From the NCBI RefSeq assembly GCF_021869535.1, contig NW_026262745.1, forward strand, positions 59,210,001 to 59,274,000: a DNA stretch of 64,000 nucleotides, in the 5' to 3' direction. This stretch comes from Mytilus californianus (taxonomy: Eukaryota). This document shows, in pieces, positions 12,069 through 21,975 of the stretch. The notes beneath the pieces were generated by a model. That model saw only the letters and a list, made by a program, of their open reading frames with translations, was not told the DNA's origin and did not search any database. The position numbers and the translations under genes are program-made. Within the stretch, counting starts at the first letter, position 1; every line of letters begins with the position of its first letter.

Positions 12069-12460
12069 GATACGAGTGATTATCCTCCAGAACATTTTTT
12101 ACATGACACCGAAAATAAAAAAGTAATAGGTAAATTCAAGGATGAAACAAGTGGAATCCCAATAAGTGAATTTGTTGGACTGAGATCGAAGATGTATTCA
12201 TTTTCTTTTGAAGGTGGAGAAAAGCATACTGCAAAAGGAGTAACAAAAACTGCATCCAGAAACTTAAACATGAAATGTACAAAAATTGCCTTTTCGATAA
12301 AACTGTTACACGTTCTGAAATGAATATAATAAGAAGCGAAAGCCATGTTTTATATACTAAAACTATTAATAAAAAATCATTTGTTCCTTTTGATGATAAA
12401 AGATGGATTTTAAATGATGGTGTGACAACGAGAGCCTTTGGACATAAAGACAACATATAA
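12069..12460 (+). pseudogene. polB: Disconnected C-terminal part of pPolB
   Basis: In frame after the TAA: DTSDYPPEH..KVIGKFKDE..EFVGLRSKMYS..AKGV; a -1 shift at ~12266-12269 (TTAAACATG) leads into KHEMYKNCLF..PFDDKRWIL..TRAFGH. Confidence 0.92.
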
Positions 12461-12980
12461 ACAAATGACATTTTTTTTATCATGTAAAACGTTCAAGTCT
12501 TATATGTTATTTTCTATTTGTTTTAACTATTTCGTATTTTTATTATTATTTTTGTTCATTTTTTTTTCTATATCAAAATTTGGGGTGATTAAAATAATAA
12601 TTAAACATTTAGCGAGGGAAACTATTATTTGTTCATTTGAGGGTTATTGTGTATATGTATTTTATTTTTTGTTTGTTTGTTTTCTTTTTGTCAAATGTGT
12701 ATTAATAACTAGAGCAAAGTGGGAATTTTTTTTTTTGGATATCAAAAATTTGTGGTGATTTAAATACGATTGTTACATATAGTGAAGGAGAATGTAGATG
12801 CATCATATTTTTATTATAATTTATTGTATATTGTATTCGATAGTATTTATTCAGTTTATTATTTTGTGTATGACAAAATTTGTTTGTGGGTAATTTAGTT
12901 ACTTTTTTCTTGTAATTTACTTTTACATCTATGTTTTATTTATTCCTGTTTTTTTTTTTTTTCGCATCCTATCTGATTGA

Positions 12981-13028
12981 AATAAAACATAAAATATCAA
13001 TGAATCCAGTTGTTTGTTTTCGTTTATT
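12981..13028. terminator. Convergent polyadenylation signals between polB and the major capsid gene
   Basis: AATAAA on + at 12981-12986 and TTTATT (AATAAA on -) at 13023-13028 in a T-rich spacer. Confidence 0.5.
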
Positions 13029-13124
13029 TGAATATATTGTAGTAAAACACACATTATAAAAAAAGATAGATATACACAATAAACAAACAGTCATAGTCAT
13101 GATTTTACAATTTACATGGAAATG

Positions 13125-14438
13125 TTAGTGTTCAATCTTTATTTGTCGATTCTCGGTTATTTCAAAGTATCCATAGTTTTCAGCTAAAATCAGTAAGGCA
13201 GCTGTTTCTGGTAATGGAGTACCGAACTGACATTCCAATCGTATTTTCCCCTGCTTCAGTAGTGAAAGATATTTGGTATCCGAAAAGAATGGTTCTAAGT
13301 TGAAGCATAGAAGCGTATATCCATTGTTGAATTCAGCCCTTGTTATTTCATTCCCCGTATCCAACATCCACTTTCCTCCTGTTTCAAACATTTTTACATA
13401 AGGAGAAACGTTCGATGCACCGCTATTCTCGTTGAAATCAAGTTTGAGTGGTATACCATCAACTGGTATTCCGTCACAAAACAGAGTCACCTGTTTTAAA
13501 TCATAATTCTTAAAGTTAAATGGGTTTTTTGTATATGCTCCAGACATAGCATTTGAAGAAACCAATCCAAGCACAATACTTTTCGGTCTCGCATCTTGGA
13601 AAACATTTTCTACGATTAACGAAGTACTTCCTTGCATTATTGTAAAATTTTTCATCATGGTTTTTGTGAAAGGATACTTAGCATTTGTTGTCTTTAAAGC
13701 TTCTGAATGAGCGACAATTATAGCTGGGTTAGGTCTGATCTTACAAAGCTTTATCACGACATCTTCCAAAGAAATATGATAGTTAGTTTCAATTTCTCCA
13801 GACATCAAACAAAAACTTGGATCGTTGCGGTATAATTTTAGTTTAAGGGATAACATATTTAGCAGGTATCTATCCATCTCAAAGATATCAGAAAAAACTG
13901 GTCCCTCCATTTCTAATGTTTTCGAATTAGAAATAAATTTTCTGCGTTCATACAGTCCAGTGTTAGTAGATATTTCATCCATGTGACCATACCTGTCTTT
14001 TAAGTACAGACTAGAAGATAATTGTGTGCTCTTTGCGTCTTGGCCATACTGCAGTAATGTTTTCATCATACATTTATACGGGTAATACGTATTACTAGAC
14101 GTTACCATTTGTCCTTGTATATAAACATCCAATTGCGACCAAAGCGATTGTAAAAATAAGTTCACAGGTCCTACCGTATCGCCATCTTGTAAATCTTCAC
14201 CATTTGCTTTTTTCACTTTTAATTTCACGTATAGTTTCGATCTTTTAAGATCTATATAATCCATACCATTGTTTGCACATAGATCGAATTCTATAGGATT
14301 GTAAGCTGTTATTTGACTAACAGGTCTGCATTCCTCGTATGTTATACTTTCAACACCGACTTGATATGGAGGTATCTCAAAAATCTGTAACTCTGACGGT
14401 TGTGCTTCAATAAAATTCTCTTTAGTTAACAAAGACAT
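13125..14438 (-). CDS. Maverick major capsid protein (double jelly-roll), 437 aa
   Basis: N-terminal SELQIF..PP.Q..ESITYEECRP..PIEF..DYIDL..LYVKLKV and later RPKSIVLGLV, NPFNF motifs match Polinton MCP as I recall them; size and synteny fit. Confidence 0.9.
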   Translation of the reverse strand: MSLLTKENFIEAQPSELQIFEIPPYQVGVESITYEECRPVSQITAYNPIEFDLCANNGMDYIDLKRSKLYVKLKVKKANGEDLQDGDTVGPVNLFLQSLWSQLDVYIQGQMVTSSNTYYPYKCMMKTLLQYGQDAKSTQLSSSLYLKDRYGHMDEISTNTGLYERRKFISNSKTLEMEGPVFSDIFEMDRYLLNMLSLKLKLYRNDPSFCLMSGEIETNYHISLEDVVIKLCKIRPNPAIIVAHSEALKTTNAKYPFTKTMMKNFTIMQGSTSLIVENVFQDARPKSIVLGLVSSNAMSGAYTKNPFNFKNYDLKQVTLFCDGIPVDGIPLKLDFNENSGASNVSPYVKMFETGGKWMLDTGNEITRAEFNNGYTLLCFNLEPFFSDTKYLSLLKQGKIRLECQFGTPLPETAALLILAENYGYFEITENRQIKIEH

Positions 14439-14839
14439 TATGTTGAAAATATATCCCTTTTATGTTTTTTAACAGTTTTATCTTTTTTCGATTTTTTCGT
14501 CTTCTTTTCACCTCCTCTGCTTTGTGGCGAATGATGATTTTTTCGCTTTCTTTTCTTTTTATTTATACTCTCACCGTCATTTTTTATCTCTTCTTTTGCT
14601 TGATTAACAATTTGTTCACTAGGCGACACTAACCGTACCTCAAAGTTTTTTTCTTTTTCAACACGAATTGGATAAGATTTATTCGAAATTGGAATCATAA
14701 ACGATCCCGATTGCGATCCTTTATTATGTCCATTTTTCATATGAGCTACGTAAGCGTTCGATTGACCAGAAATTACATTCTGATAATATCTAGACCATAG
14801 ATCAACATTAGGAATGTACATTTTATCAATGTTCGACAT
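14438..14839 (-). CDS. Basic Lys/Arg-tailed protein, 133 aa (candidate virion core/DNA-condensing protein)
   Basis: Intact ORF between minor and major capsid genes; C-terminal KKKRKRK..KKTKKSKKDKTVKKHKR; stop overlaps the MCP ATG. Function is inference. Confidence 0.7.
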   Translation of the reverse strand: MSNIDKMYIPNVDLWSRYYQNVISGQSNAYVAHMKNGHNKGSQSGSFMIPISNKSYPIRVEKEKNFEVRLVSPSEQIVNQAKEEIKNDGESINKKKRKRKNHHSPQSRGGEKKTKKSKKDKTVKKHKRDIFST

Positions 14840-14846
14840 ATCTACG

Positions 14847-15272
14847 CTAAAATACGCTTGGTATAAATTGTAGTGTAAAAGACAAATTATTTTTCAAAAA
14901 TGAAGCGTTTTCTCCGTGTTCATCTTTTATAAGAAATTCTAAGACTTGAATTTCGTTTTTCTTTACCGGTAAATAAATTGGAGACGAAAATAAATAATTC
15001 CATGTATTCATATCCGTGGGAAATATTCTTCGTAAAAGTGAATATTGTATATGGGGAAAAACATTCACTCCACTACATACATCACAAAACAAGTATAATT
15101 GATGATTGTTCTTTTTTGTAACTTTTTGATTAGAGTAAAAATCTAATATTCCTAGTTTCCATTCACCTTGTAATTGTAAAACTTCATTTAAACACACTTT
15201 GAACTTGAACGGTGAATTATTAGGGTAATATGCATCAGATTGATCACTTCGAATGAAAATTATATGTTCCAT
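14847..15272 (-). CDS. Minor capsid (penton-like single jelly-roll) protein, 141 aa
   Basis: S..YYPNNSPFKFKV.L...L.L.GEWKLGI and LYLFCDV..LLRRIF..Y.PV..EFLIKDEHG..F..FTLQF motifs of Polinton minor capsid. Confidence 0.85.
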   Translation of the reverse strand: MEHIIFIRSDQSDAYYPNNSPFKFKVCLNEVLQLQGEWKLGILDFYSNQKVTKKNNHQLYLFCDVCSGVNVFPHIQYSLLRRIFPTDMNTWNYLFSSPIYLPVKKNEIQVLEFLIKDEHGENASFLKNNLSFTLQFIPSVF

Positions 15273-16408
15273 TATGATAAAGATTGAATCTGTTCTTCTG
15301 GTATGTATTCGTCATACGAAGGAGGCCACCCTTGAAAACGAACTAAGTATTCAGTTTTTCCTCGTCTTTTTCGCTTCTTTAAAATTTTTTCAATTATCCA
15401 AAGACTATTTTCGTCTTTGTCTACTCTTTGAAGTTCACTATCATAAAAGGTTCCCCTTATGAATTCGTCTCCATTTATATTTGAAACCCTGTAAAGATCA
15501 ATATTTTGTTGTCTGAATCTTTGTACTACTTTGAATATCTCTTCCGTCCATCTTTGACTATACGATCGATCAAAAATATGAGCAATATTTGAGAGTCGAA
15601 CTAAAGAACCGATTTTGTATTTGTATTGTTTTTTTCTCTTTTTCTTTTTGTTTGTTTGTACTTTTATTTCTTTCATTTTTTTCTCTGTTTCACTTAAATA
15701 CATTTTCCCCCAGATATCACTCTCGTTGTCTGAATTAACGTCTTTAGGTGCAATGTTTTGTAAACTTCTATGAGGAGTATCATTATAGCTTTTTGCAAAA
15801 TTTTGCAAGTTGTTAATATATCTATGTGTTCTGTTCTTTGTGAAAAGGCGAAACATTTTATTCTTTATAGTTTGTAAGACTCTTTCAGCATAATTTGCGT
15901 GAAGTTCATTTTGAGCCGAAAAATGGCGGACACCATTCCTTTTAAATAATGACTGTGTCTTTTTGGCTAGAAATTCTTGTCCCTTATCTGTTCGAATTTT
16001 TTCCGGTTTTACCTCACTAAAAATCTTTTTAAATGCAGAGGTGACTTCATCTCCCGTTTTATTTTTCAATGGTTGTAACCAAAGATAGCGTGAGAAACAG
16101 TCAACAACAACTAACACGTATTTGTAATTTTCATTTTCTTGTGAAAATTGTTTAAGATCCATTAAATCGGCGTCCCATAAATTATTCAACCCCGTGGTAT
16201 ACACTCTTATTCTTTTAAAAGAACGACGAGGTGTTTTTTGTAAACTGTAATTATCTTGTGAATTCAACCACCGTTTAATTTGATGTCTACCAACTTTATT
16301 CCCATCTGCATTTACGATATGATACAGTTTTTCGGTAGAAGCATATGAAGCTGGTCCACCAACATCATAATAGTATTTACTTAGGAGAGTATCTAGTTCC
16401 TCATTCAT
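15272..16408 (-). CDS. int: Retroviral-type (rve) integrase with C-terminal chromodomain, 378 aa from the ATG at 16408
   Basis: WDADLMD, VVVDCFSRYLW, IRTDKGQEF, AERVLQTIK, YNDTPHRSL; chromodomain WIIEKILKKR..EYLVRFQGWP..DEYIPEE. Confidence 0.96.
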   Translation of the reverse strand: MNEELDTLLSKYYYDVGGPASYASTEKLYHIVNADGNKVGRHQIKRWLNSQDNYSLQKTPRRSFKRIRVYTTGLNNLWDADLMDLKQFSQENENYKYVLVVVDCFSRYLWLQPLKNKTGDEVTSAFKKIFSEVKPEKIRTDKGQEFLAKKTQSLFKRNGVRHFSAQNELHANYAERVLQTIKNKMFRLFTKNRTHRYINNLQNFAKSYNDTPHRSLQNIAPKDVNSDNESDIWGKMYLSETEKKMKEIKVQTNKKKKRKKQYKYKIGSLVRLSNIAHIFDRSYSQRWTEEIFKVVQRFRQQNIDLYRVSNINGDEFIRGTFYDSELQRVDKDENSLWIIEKILKKRKRRGKTEYLVRFQGWPPSYDEYIPEEQIQSLS

Positions 16409-16864
16409 ACTTAACTCAATTTGAACTGAATGTATATCTCGCAAATTAGTTTTAAGTAAAGTTTCACATATGAATCGGATTAGAGGTAAAAAAGATGGGG
16501 GGGGGGGGGGGGGGGGGGGTGGAAAAAAACAAAAAAAAAGTGTTTCAATAACTGAAATTAGTTTGTGTTTTGATTTAAGATATAAAAAAAGTTAAGAAAA
16601 AAAAAAAAACTTTTCATTAAGGAATGTAAATATTTGCATCTTTTTCATTTCTATTCGATTCTTATATAAATCTCTACCTAAAAACAATACCACTACATCA
16701 ATAAATAAGAAATACAAAAAAAAAAATATGTTTACATAATTTATTATAAAATCTATCACAAAAATAATGATGATGTCCTTTAAATATTGTCTGTCATTCA
16801 ATTCCATCTTTTATTCATTTCATTCCATCTTTTAATCATTCCGATCCATCTTTTATTCGAATGC

Positions 16865-19800
16865 TTAATGGTCTATTTCCATATTCTGTAAAACACAACA
16901 AAATTATTTAGTCAAAAATCATCACTTTACCAAGAATCAACACTATAGTATTATATTTAAATCACGTGACATTTTACATGACATAATCGGAAAAAGAAAG
17001 AAAAAAATGGTCGCCATGTTGCTTTTGAGTTTGTTATTTTGCTTTCAAAGTGTTGTAAATGTAGGAGCTGTACATATATCATCTTGCTACAGAGTTGAAG
17101 ATTTTATAGATTGTTCGAGGGAAACAGAAGAGAGCTTTCAGGGAGAGGTAGCAGATGACGTTTTAAACATTCGCTTCAACCATATACAGAGCAAACATCA
17201 AATTGAAGATGTTAAATTTACGAAGCATGTTATCATAATGTTGGAAGAATCTTTGAATTTGTGTGATGATATTAATCATAAACTGATGATGGTAGACGGG
17301 AAAATGTGTACAGTAAGTCTACATTCATTTTATTTGAATGGTAAAAATATAACACAATAAAAAAATTTGCATACATGAATATTCATGAAAGACTTCAAGT
17401 TATATTTCAATCACGTGATAAGTAAACATTTCTAGAAATAATATGAATCTCCTCGGTTGTCGAGTATAGTAGATCAGTGAATGAAATATCTAAATTACAA
17501 CATGGTTAAACTTCAACCGTTATTAATAACGATGACTGTCTTCATAACGGAGTTTATATACTTTATTCCTCATCTAATAAGAAGTCTATTCATCTTCCCA
17601 GTTATTTCTCTTTCTCTTATAAGAGTATACATGCATATTCTACTTCTAAACTCATAACTTACATCATTTTCAACATCGGAAGTGATGTCTATCATTTTTC
17701 TCTTCTTGTTCTGTAGAATAAAAAGTATCATCATTAGCTATAATGTATTAAACATTTATATATATAAAAAAAAAACAACCTTGGAAGTAAGGTATTAAAA
17801 ACATCTTTGTTTTCATTTACTCGTTTTTTTTATTTGCTTTACAATTATTTGTTTATTGGATGAATCTGGTTTTTTTCTCCTTTCTTTTTATTACTTATTA
17901 CCAAAAATCAAGATGTACTTACTAATGATGGTTTCGCGTCTACATTTTGACTCCCTCTGGGCTGACTCATGTTGGTTAAATCAAGCTGTTGAATAGAAAT
18001 TTATAAAAAAAACTTTTAAACATTTACACATGATAAAAAAAAAACAATAAAGCATGCAATGGATATTTTATTATTTTTTTTTTTTTTTACTTTAACCCTT
18101 TCTTAATAATATTGTTAACATTGTATAAATTGTATTACTTATAATGAGTTAAATCTATACATACACAGTAAGGATCTTTTTCGTCATCTTTTGTTAAGTC
18201 TATCATCTACAAAATAAACATGTATAGCTTTAAAATAAGAATATACAATCTTTTATGATGAAAATTAACTTTACACATATACTTTTAAATTGACATATTA
18301 ATTTTCTGAAAGCTCATATATACATGTATATATATTATTAATGTTATAAGCAATATAAAATTTATAAATAATACATATGGAGTTTAAAACCGATTTGCAA
18401 CTTATAATGAGTTAAATCTATACATACACAGTAAGGATCTTTTTCTACATCTTTTGTTAAGTCTATCATCTACAAAATAAACATGTATAGCTTTAAAAAA
18501 AGAATATACAATCTTTTATGATGAAAATTAACTTTACACATATACTTTAAATTGACATATTAATTTTCTGAAAGCTGATATTTACAAGCAATACTAAATT
18601 TATAATTAATTCATATGGAGTTGAAAACAGATTTGCTAATCTATATATAGTTTTCATTCATTAAAATGAATGAATATGCATACTTACTATGATATCTTGG
18701 GGGTTGCTTCTCTCCTGCATCTGTAAAATAAAAGAATTTATATATACTTTTTTTTAATAGATTACTGAATCAACTAATTCTTTCGCTGAGTCAAGTTGGA
18801 GTATTGACGATGAACTAATAACAGATACAGGTAATTTTCTTTTTTTTTTCTTTGTCTTTTTATTGAAATGATAACTAATTTCCTCCTCAGTGAGAATGAA
18901 TACTTTAATAAATCAGAAACTTGTATAAAGGAATCTTTTCTGTTTTTTCCTGTAACTGTAATCTTAATGTAAAATACTTTTATTTTCATGTAATAAGAAA
19001 TCTCAAAGAACCCTATCCTATCATTTTAAAGATATTATATTTTTTTTTTTTTTGTATTTATTTACAGTGACATTTTCAAACAGTAAAGATGAGGGAGAAA
19101 TTACTACATTAGAAATTCTTGGATGTAAGTATTTTTAGTTTTGAAATTATAAATATAAATTTCTATTAATCACGTTGATAAAAAGTGTAATGTGTACACA
19201 TCATATGTATAACAATTGTATTTATATTATTTGAAATATAAAAAATGTGATATCGTGTAATGAGATTGAGAAAACTCTTCGTTAATCGCTTTGGGTGTAA
19301 GAAAAGAAGAAAAATAGATTTAAGTGAACTACTTGTGAAAATCATGTATTTTCATGCAAAAAAAAAAATTACTTTTCAGATGTGGAAAATACAGAGGGAA
19401 ACGATAATGAAATTTATGTTATATTATTAGGTGTACTCTCATTTGTTTGTATATTTATAATTTTTGTTTTTATGATATTGTATAGGAAACATATATGTTT
19501 TAAATGTTATAGTCATAATATTCTTCCTTCACACGTAGACACAGTTTCACTTAGAAGAATGTCTAGCATTACTTCATTGACAAGTGATAATGAAATTGTG
19601 TTTTCGTGTGAAATGGAACGAAAATGTAAGTAAGATTTTTTTTTATATTAATTAGGTTAGCTTTATTCACAGTTAAACTTCTTTTTATTTCAGATATTTT
19701 GTCATCCTTTACAGTAATTATATTAGGACTTATCCCTATGAGGCAGAGTGTCAAAGACTTGCTAATACATTCTATACAAAAGATTTTTACAATGGCTATT

Positions 19801-20180
19801 AATAGAAATTTGAACTATAATACATTTATCAATCTTTTATATCAGTTACTTAATTATATTTTTCATTATTTTATTCAGAAAAGAAAACCTTTACGTAGGA
19901 GCAACAGACGTCGTGTTGCTCCAAATAGATTAATGTATAATCAGTTTTGAGTTTTGAAATATTATAGTGTACACACTCAATTCTAGTTTCATGGATAAAT
20001 TTTTACTTTCCTACTATTTCAAAAGTTATTAAAGTATTCATTGGAATTAAACCAAAAACAAAAATCTATTCTTTTTAAACTGTGAAAAAAACTTACCTTA
20101 ATATCTTGAACCAATGACGACAGCTGTAACAGACATTTCTCAATCATAACTATTTTGATGAGGTTCTTATTTGAATTCAT
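16865..20180 (-). CDS. Predicted 5-exon 82-aa protein antisense to the membrane gene; exons 20180-20097, 18720-18688, 17985-17923, 17710-17663, 16885-16865
   Basis: All four donors GTAAGT, all acceptors CAG after pyrimidine tracts, all exons multiples of 3 (84, 33, 63, 48, 21 nt), no internal stop, AATAAA just after the TAA. Confidence 0.72.
17007..19950 (+). CDS. Predicted 6-exon type I membrane protein (~256 aa) inside the Maverick; exons 17007-17312, 18761-18830, 19068-19124, 19380-19625, 19694-19713, 19879-19950
   Basis: All introns GT-AG with pyrimidine tracts; phases 0,1,1,1,0 give a continuous ORF: signal peptide, 4-Cys ectodomain, S/T/acidic stalk, TM IYVILLGVLSFVCIFIIFVFMILY followed by RK. 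Last two exons less certain (alternative stop at 19633). Confidence 0.78.
17525..17632 (-). pseudogene. Degenerate paralogue of the 25528-25836 ORF
   Basis: MYTLIREREITGK vs MYTLLRERELTGK (11/13 identical); after a frame change MRNKVYKLRYED vs IRNRVDKLHHEE. Confidence 0.65.
18137..18640. repeat. 263-bp tandem duplication (~1.9 copies), intronic for both spliced genes
   Basis: ACTTATAATGAGTTAAATCTATACATACACAGTAAGG at 18137 and 18400. Confidence 0.9.
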
Positions 20181-20659
20181 TTTTTTCTTCTTTTTTTTTC
20201 TTTTACAGTTTGCAACTTATTAACATATGATTATCAAACAAGTGTTAAGGTGTATTTATTAGTACTTCACATCCTGGATTAAGTGAATGGGAGGGGTATA
20301 AGGAATTATCTATACAAAGGGTGGAATAATGGAGATGTTTTTTTTTTTAATCCTCATTTTTTTTCATATATCAATTATCTAATCTCTTTGTATTTGAAAG
20401 AAACAATACAAGTTGTTATTTGTAGGTGGGGTCTGATTTTATTTACTCAATCTTTCATTTGCTGTTGTGAAAAAACACCTCATAGTTTATTATGATAAAA
20501 GATTAAATTATTGTTTGAAAGAAAGGTGATTGATTGATTAGAAATACCCCCTCCCTCATTTGTTTACACTTTTAGTCAATTAATTTTTGAGAATTAAATT
20601 GTCTGAAGACTATTAACTTGGAAAGTTTTTCATACATCTATATAATTAACAAGTTTGTT

Positions 20660-21125
20660 GTATAGTGCTATAAAAAAAAAAAGATATATAATATCACTAA
20701 TTCAATGATAATGAACTCCTCACCCCTTTATTAAAACATAAGGTTGTCTCCCTTTAAGGTTGTGTGCTTTTTTCTATTTAATCTTGAAATAGTAATATGT
20801 TACTCAGGGAAAACAAGTTTTTTTATATAGTTATGTAATATACATGTTGTTTTTTTTTTCTTTTCTGTATAGTGTTATAAACAAGATATATGATATCTAT
20901 ATTGCAATGATAATTAACTACTCAATCATTTTATTAACACATAAAGTTGTCTCCCTTTAAGGTTGTGTGCTTTTTTCTATTTAAACTTGCAATAGTAATA
21001 TGTTACTCAGGGAAAACATTTTTTTATATAGTTATGTAATATACATGTTTTTTTTTTCTTTCTTTTTTGTATAGTGCTATAAAAGAAAGATATATGATGT
21101 CAATAATGTATCAATAATTAACTTC
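20660..21125. repeat. ~200-bp tandem duplication (~2.3 copies) in the Maverick AT-rich spacer
   Basis: GTTGTCTCCCTTTAAGGTTGTGTGCTTTTTTCTATTTAA at ~20744 and ~20946. Confidence 0.88.
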
Positions 21126-21975
21126 TCAAACTGATAAATTTTTTTTTTGTGTGTGTGTGCGTCTAATTTACTGTTTTAAAACTAAATTATAAATGTGTGT
21201 AAAAAAAAAAAAAATGATAGAGTTTATCTTCTTTTTTACTTTTTATAATACACAATGTTGGAAAGATATATCTTGTTTGTATATGTAAAGTTATGTAAAT
21301 ATGTTACACCCAACCAGTAAAGTTTATGTTTATTGATAGTGTTGCATTTTAAAAATGTTCTTATGTGATATGTTATTACAATCATGGTGCACTTTAAAAA
21401 CATATTTGTCTTTAAAGAATTTTTTTGTATATATGTTACTTTTAATATAAAAACATTGTTATATGCTATGTAAAACCCAAAATAATAGTACTAATGTATT
21501 TTTAAAAATTAAAAAATATTTAATTGATGAAATTTATTATAATTTAGACTGGAAAAAATAAAACTTTTATTTTCACTTTGCAAATTCATAAAGTATACCA
21601 CCATACAGTATTTTTTATATTAATAAAATAAGTTGATAACAATTATACTTTTGTTTATCTCATTGTTTTTGTTAGTAGTTAATCTTCACTGCAGAGAAAC
21701 ACATACTTTCAGGATATTGTGAGCTCTTAATTGGTGGTGATTTCAATGTTATAAAATTTTTACTTTTCCTTTATTTGCTATTGCTAAGAATTAGTCTATG
21801 CTTTAAGGAAGTTGTCTGGAAAAGGGATTTCATTGATTGACATCATCACATCATTAAACAAACAAAAAATAACCATCTTAGTCTGATAGTTAAAATGAAT
21901 AATCAACACAAACCATTATTCTATATTTATTAGCATACAATAAAAAAAAAAAAAAAAAAAACATTAGAAAGGATA

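Noticed and set aside
11296-12483. Minus-strand ORFs overlapping polB
   Set aside because: Antisense shadows of a coding region with no independent motifs.
16497-16519. Long G-run as a G-quadruplex regulator of integrase
   Set aside because: Similar homopolymers occur at ~1071-1091 and ~56971-57002 in host DNA, and their length is unreliable in assemblies.
16592-16807. 71-aa hydrophobic minus ORF
   Set aside because: Hydrophobicity comes from T-runs; it lies in the predicted 3' UTR of the antisense gene.
20283-20495. 70-aa plus ORF in the Maverick spacer as a protease remnant
   Set aside because: Non-ATG start, low complexity and no His/Cys protease pattern.
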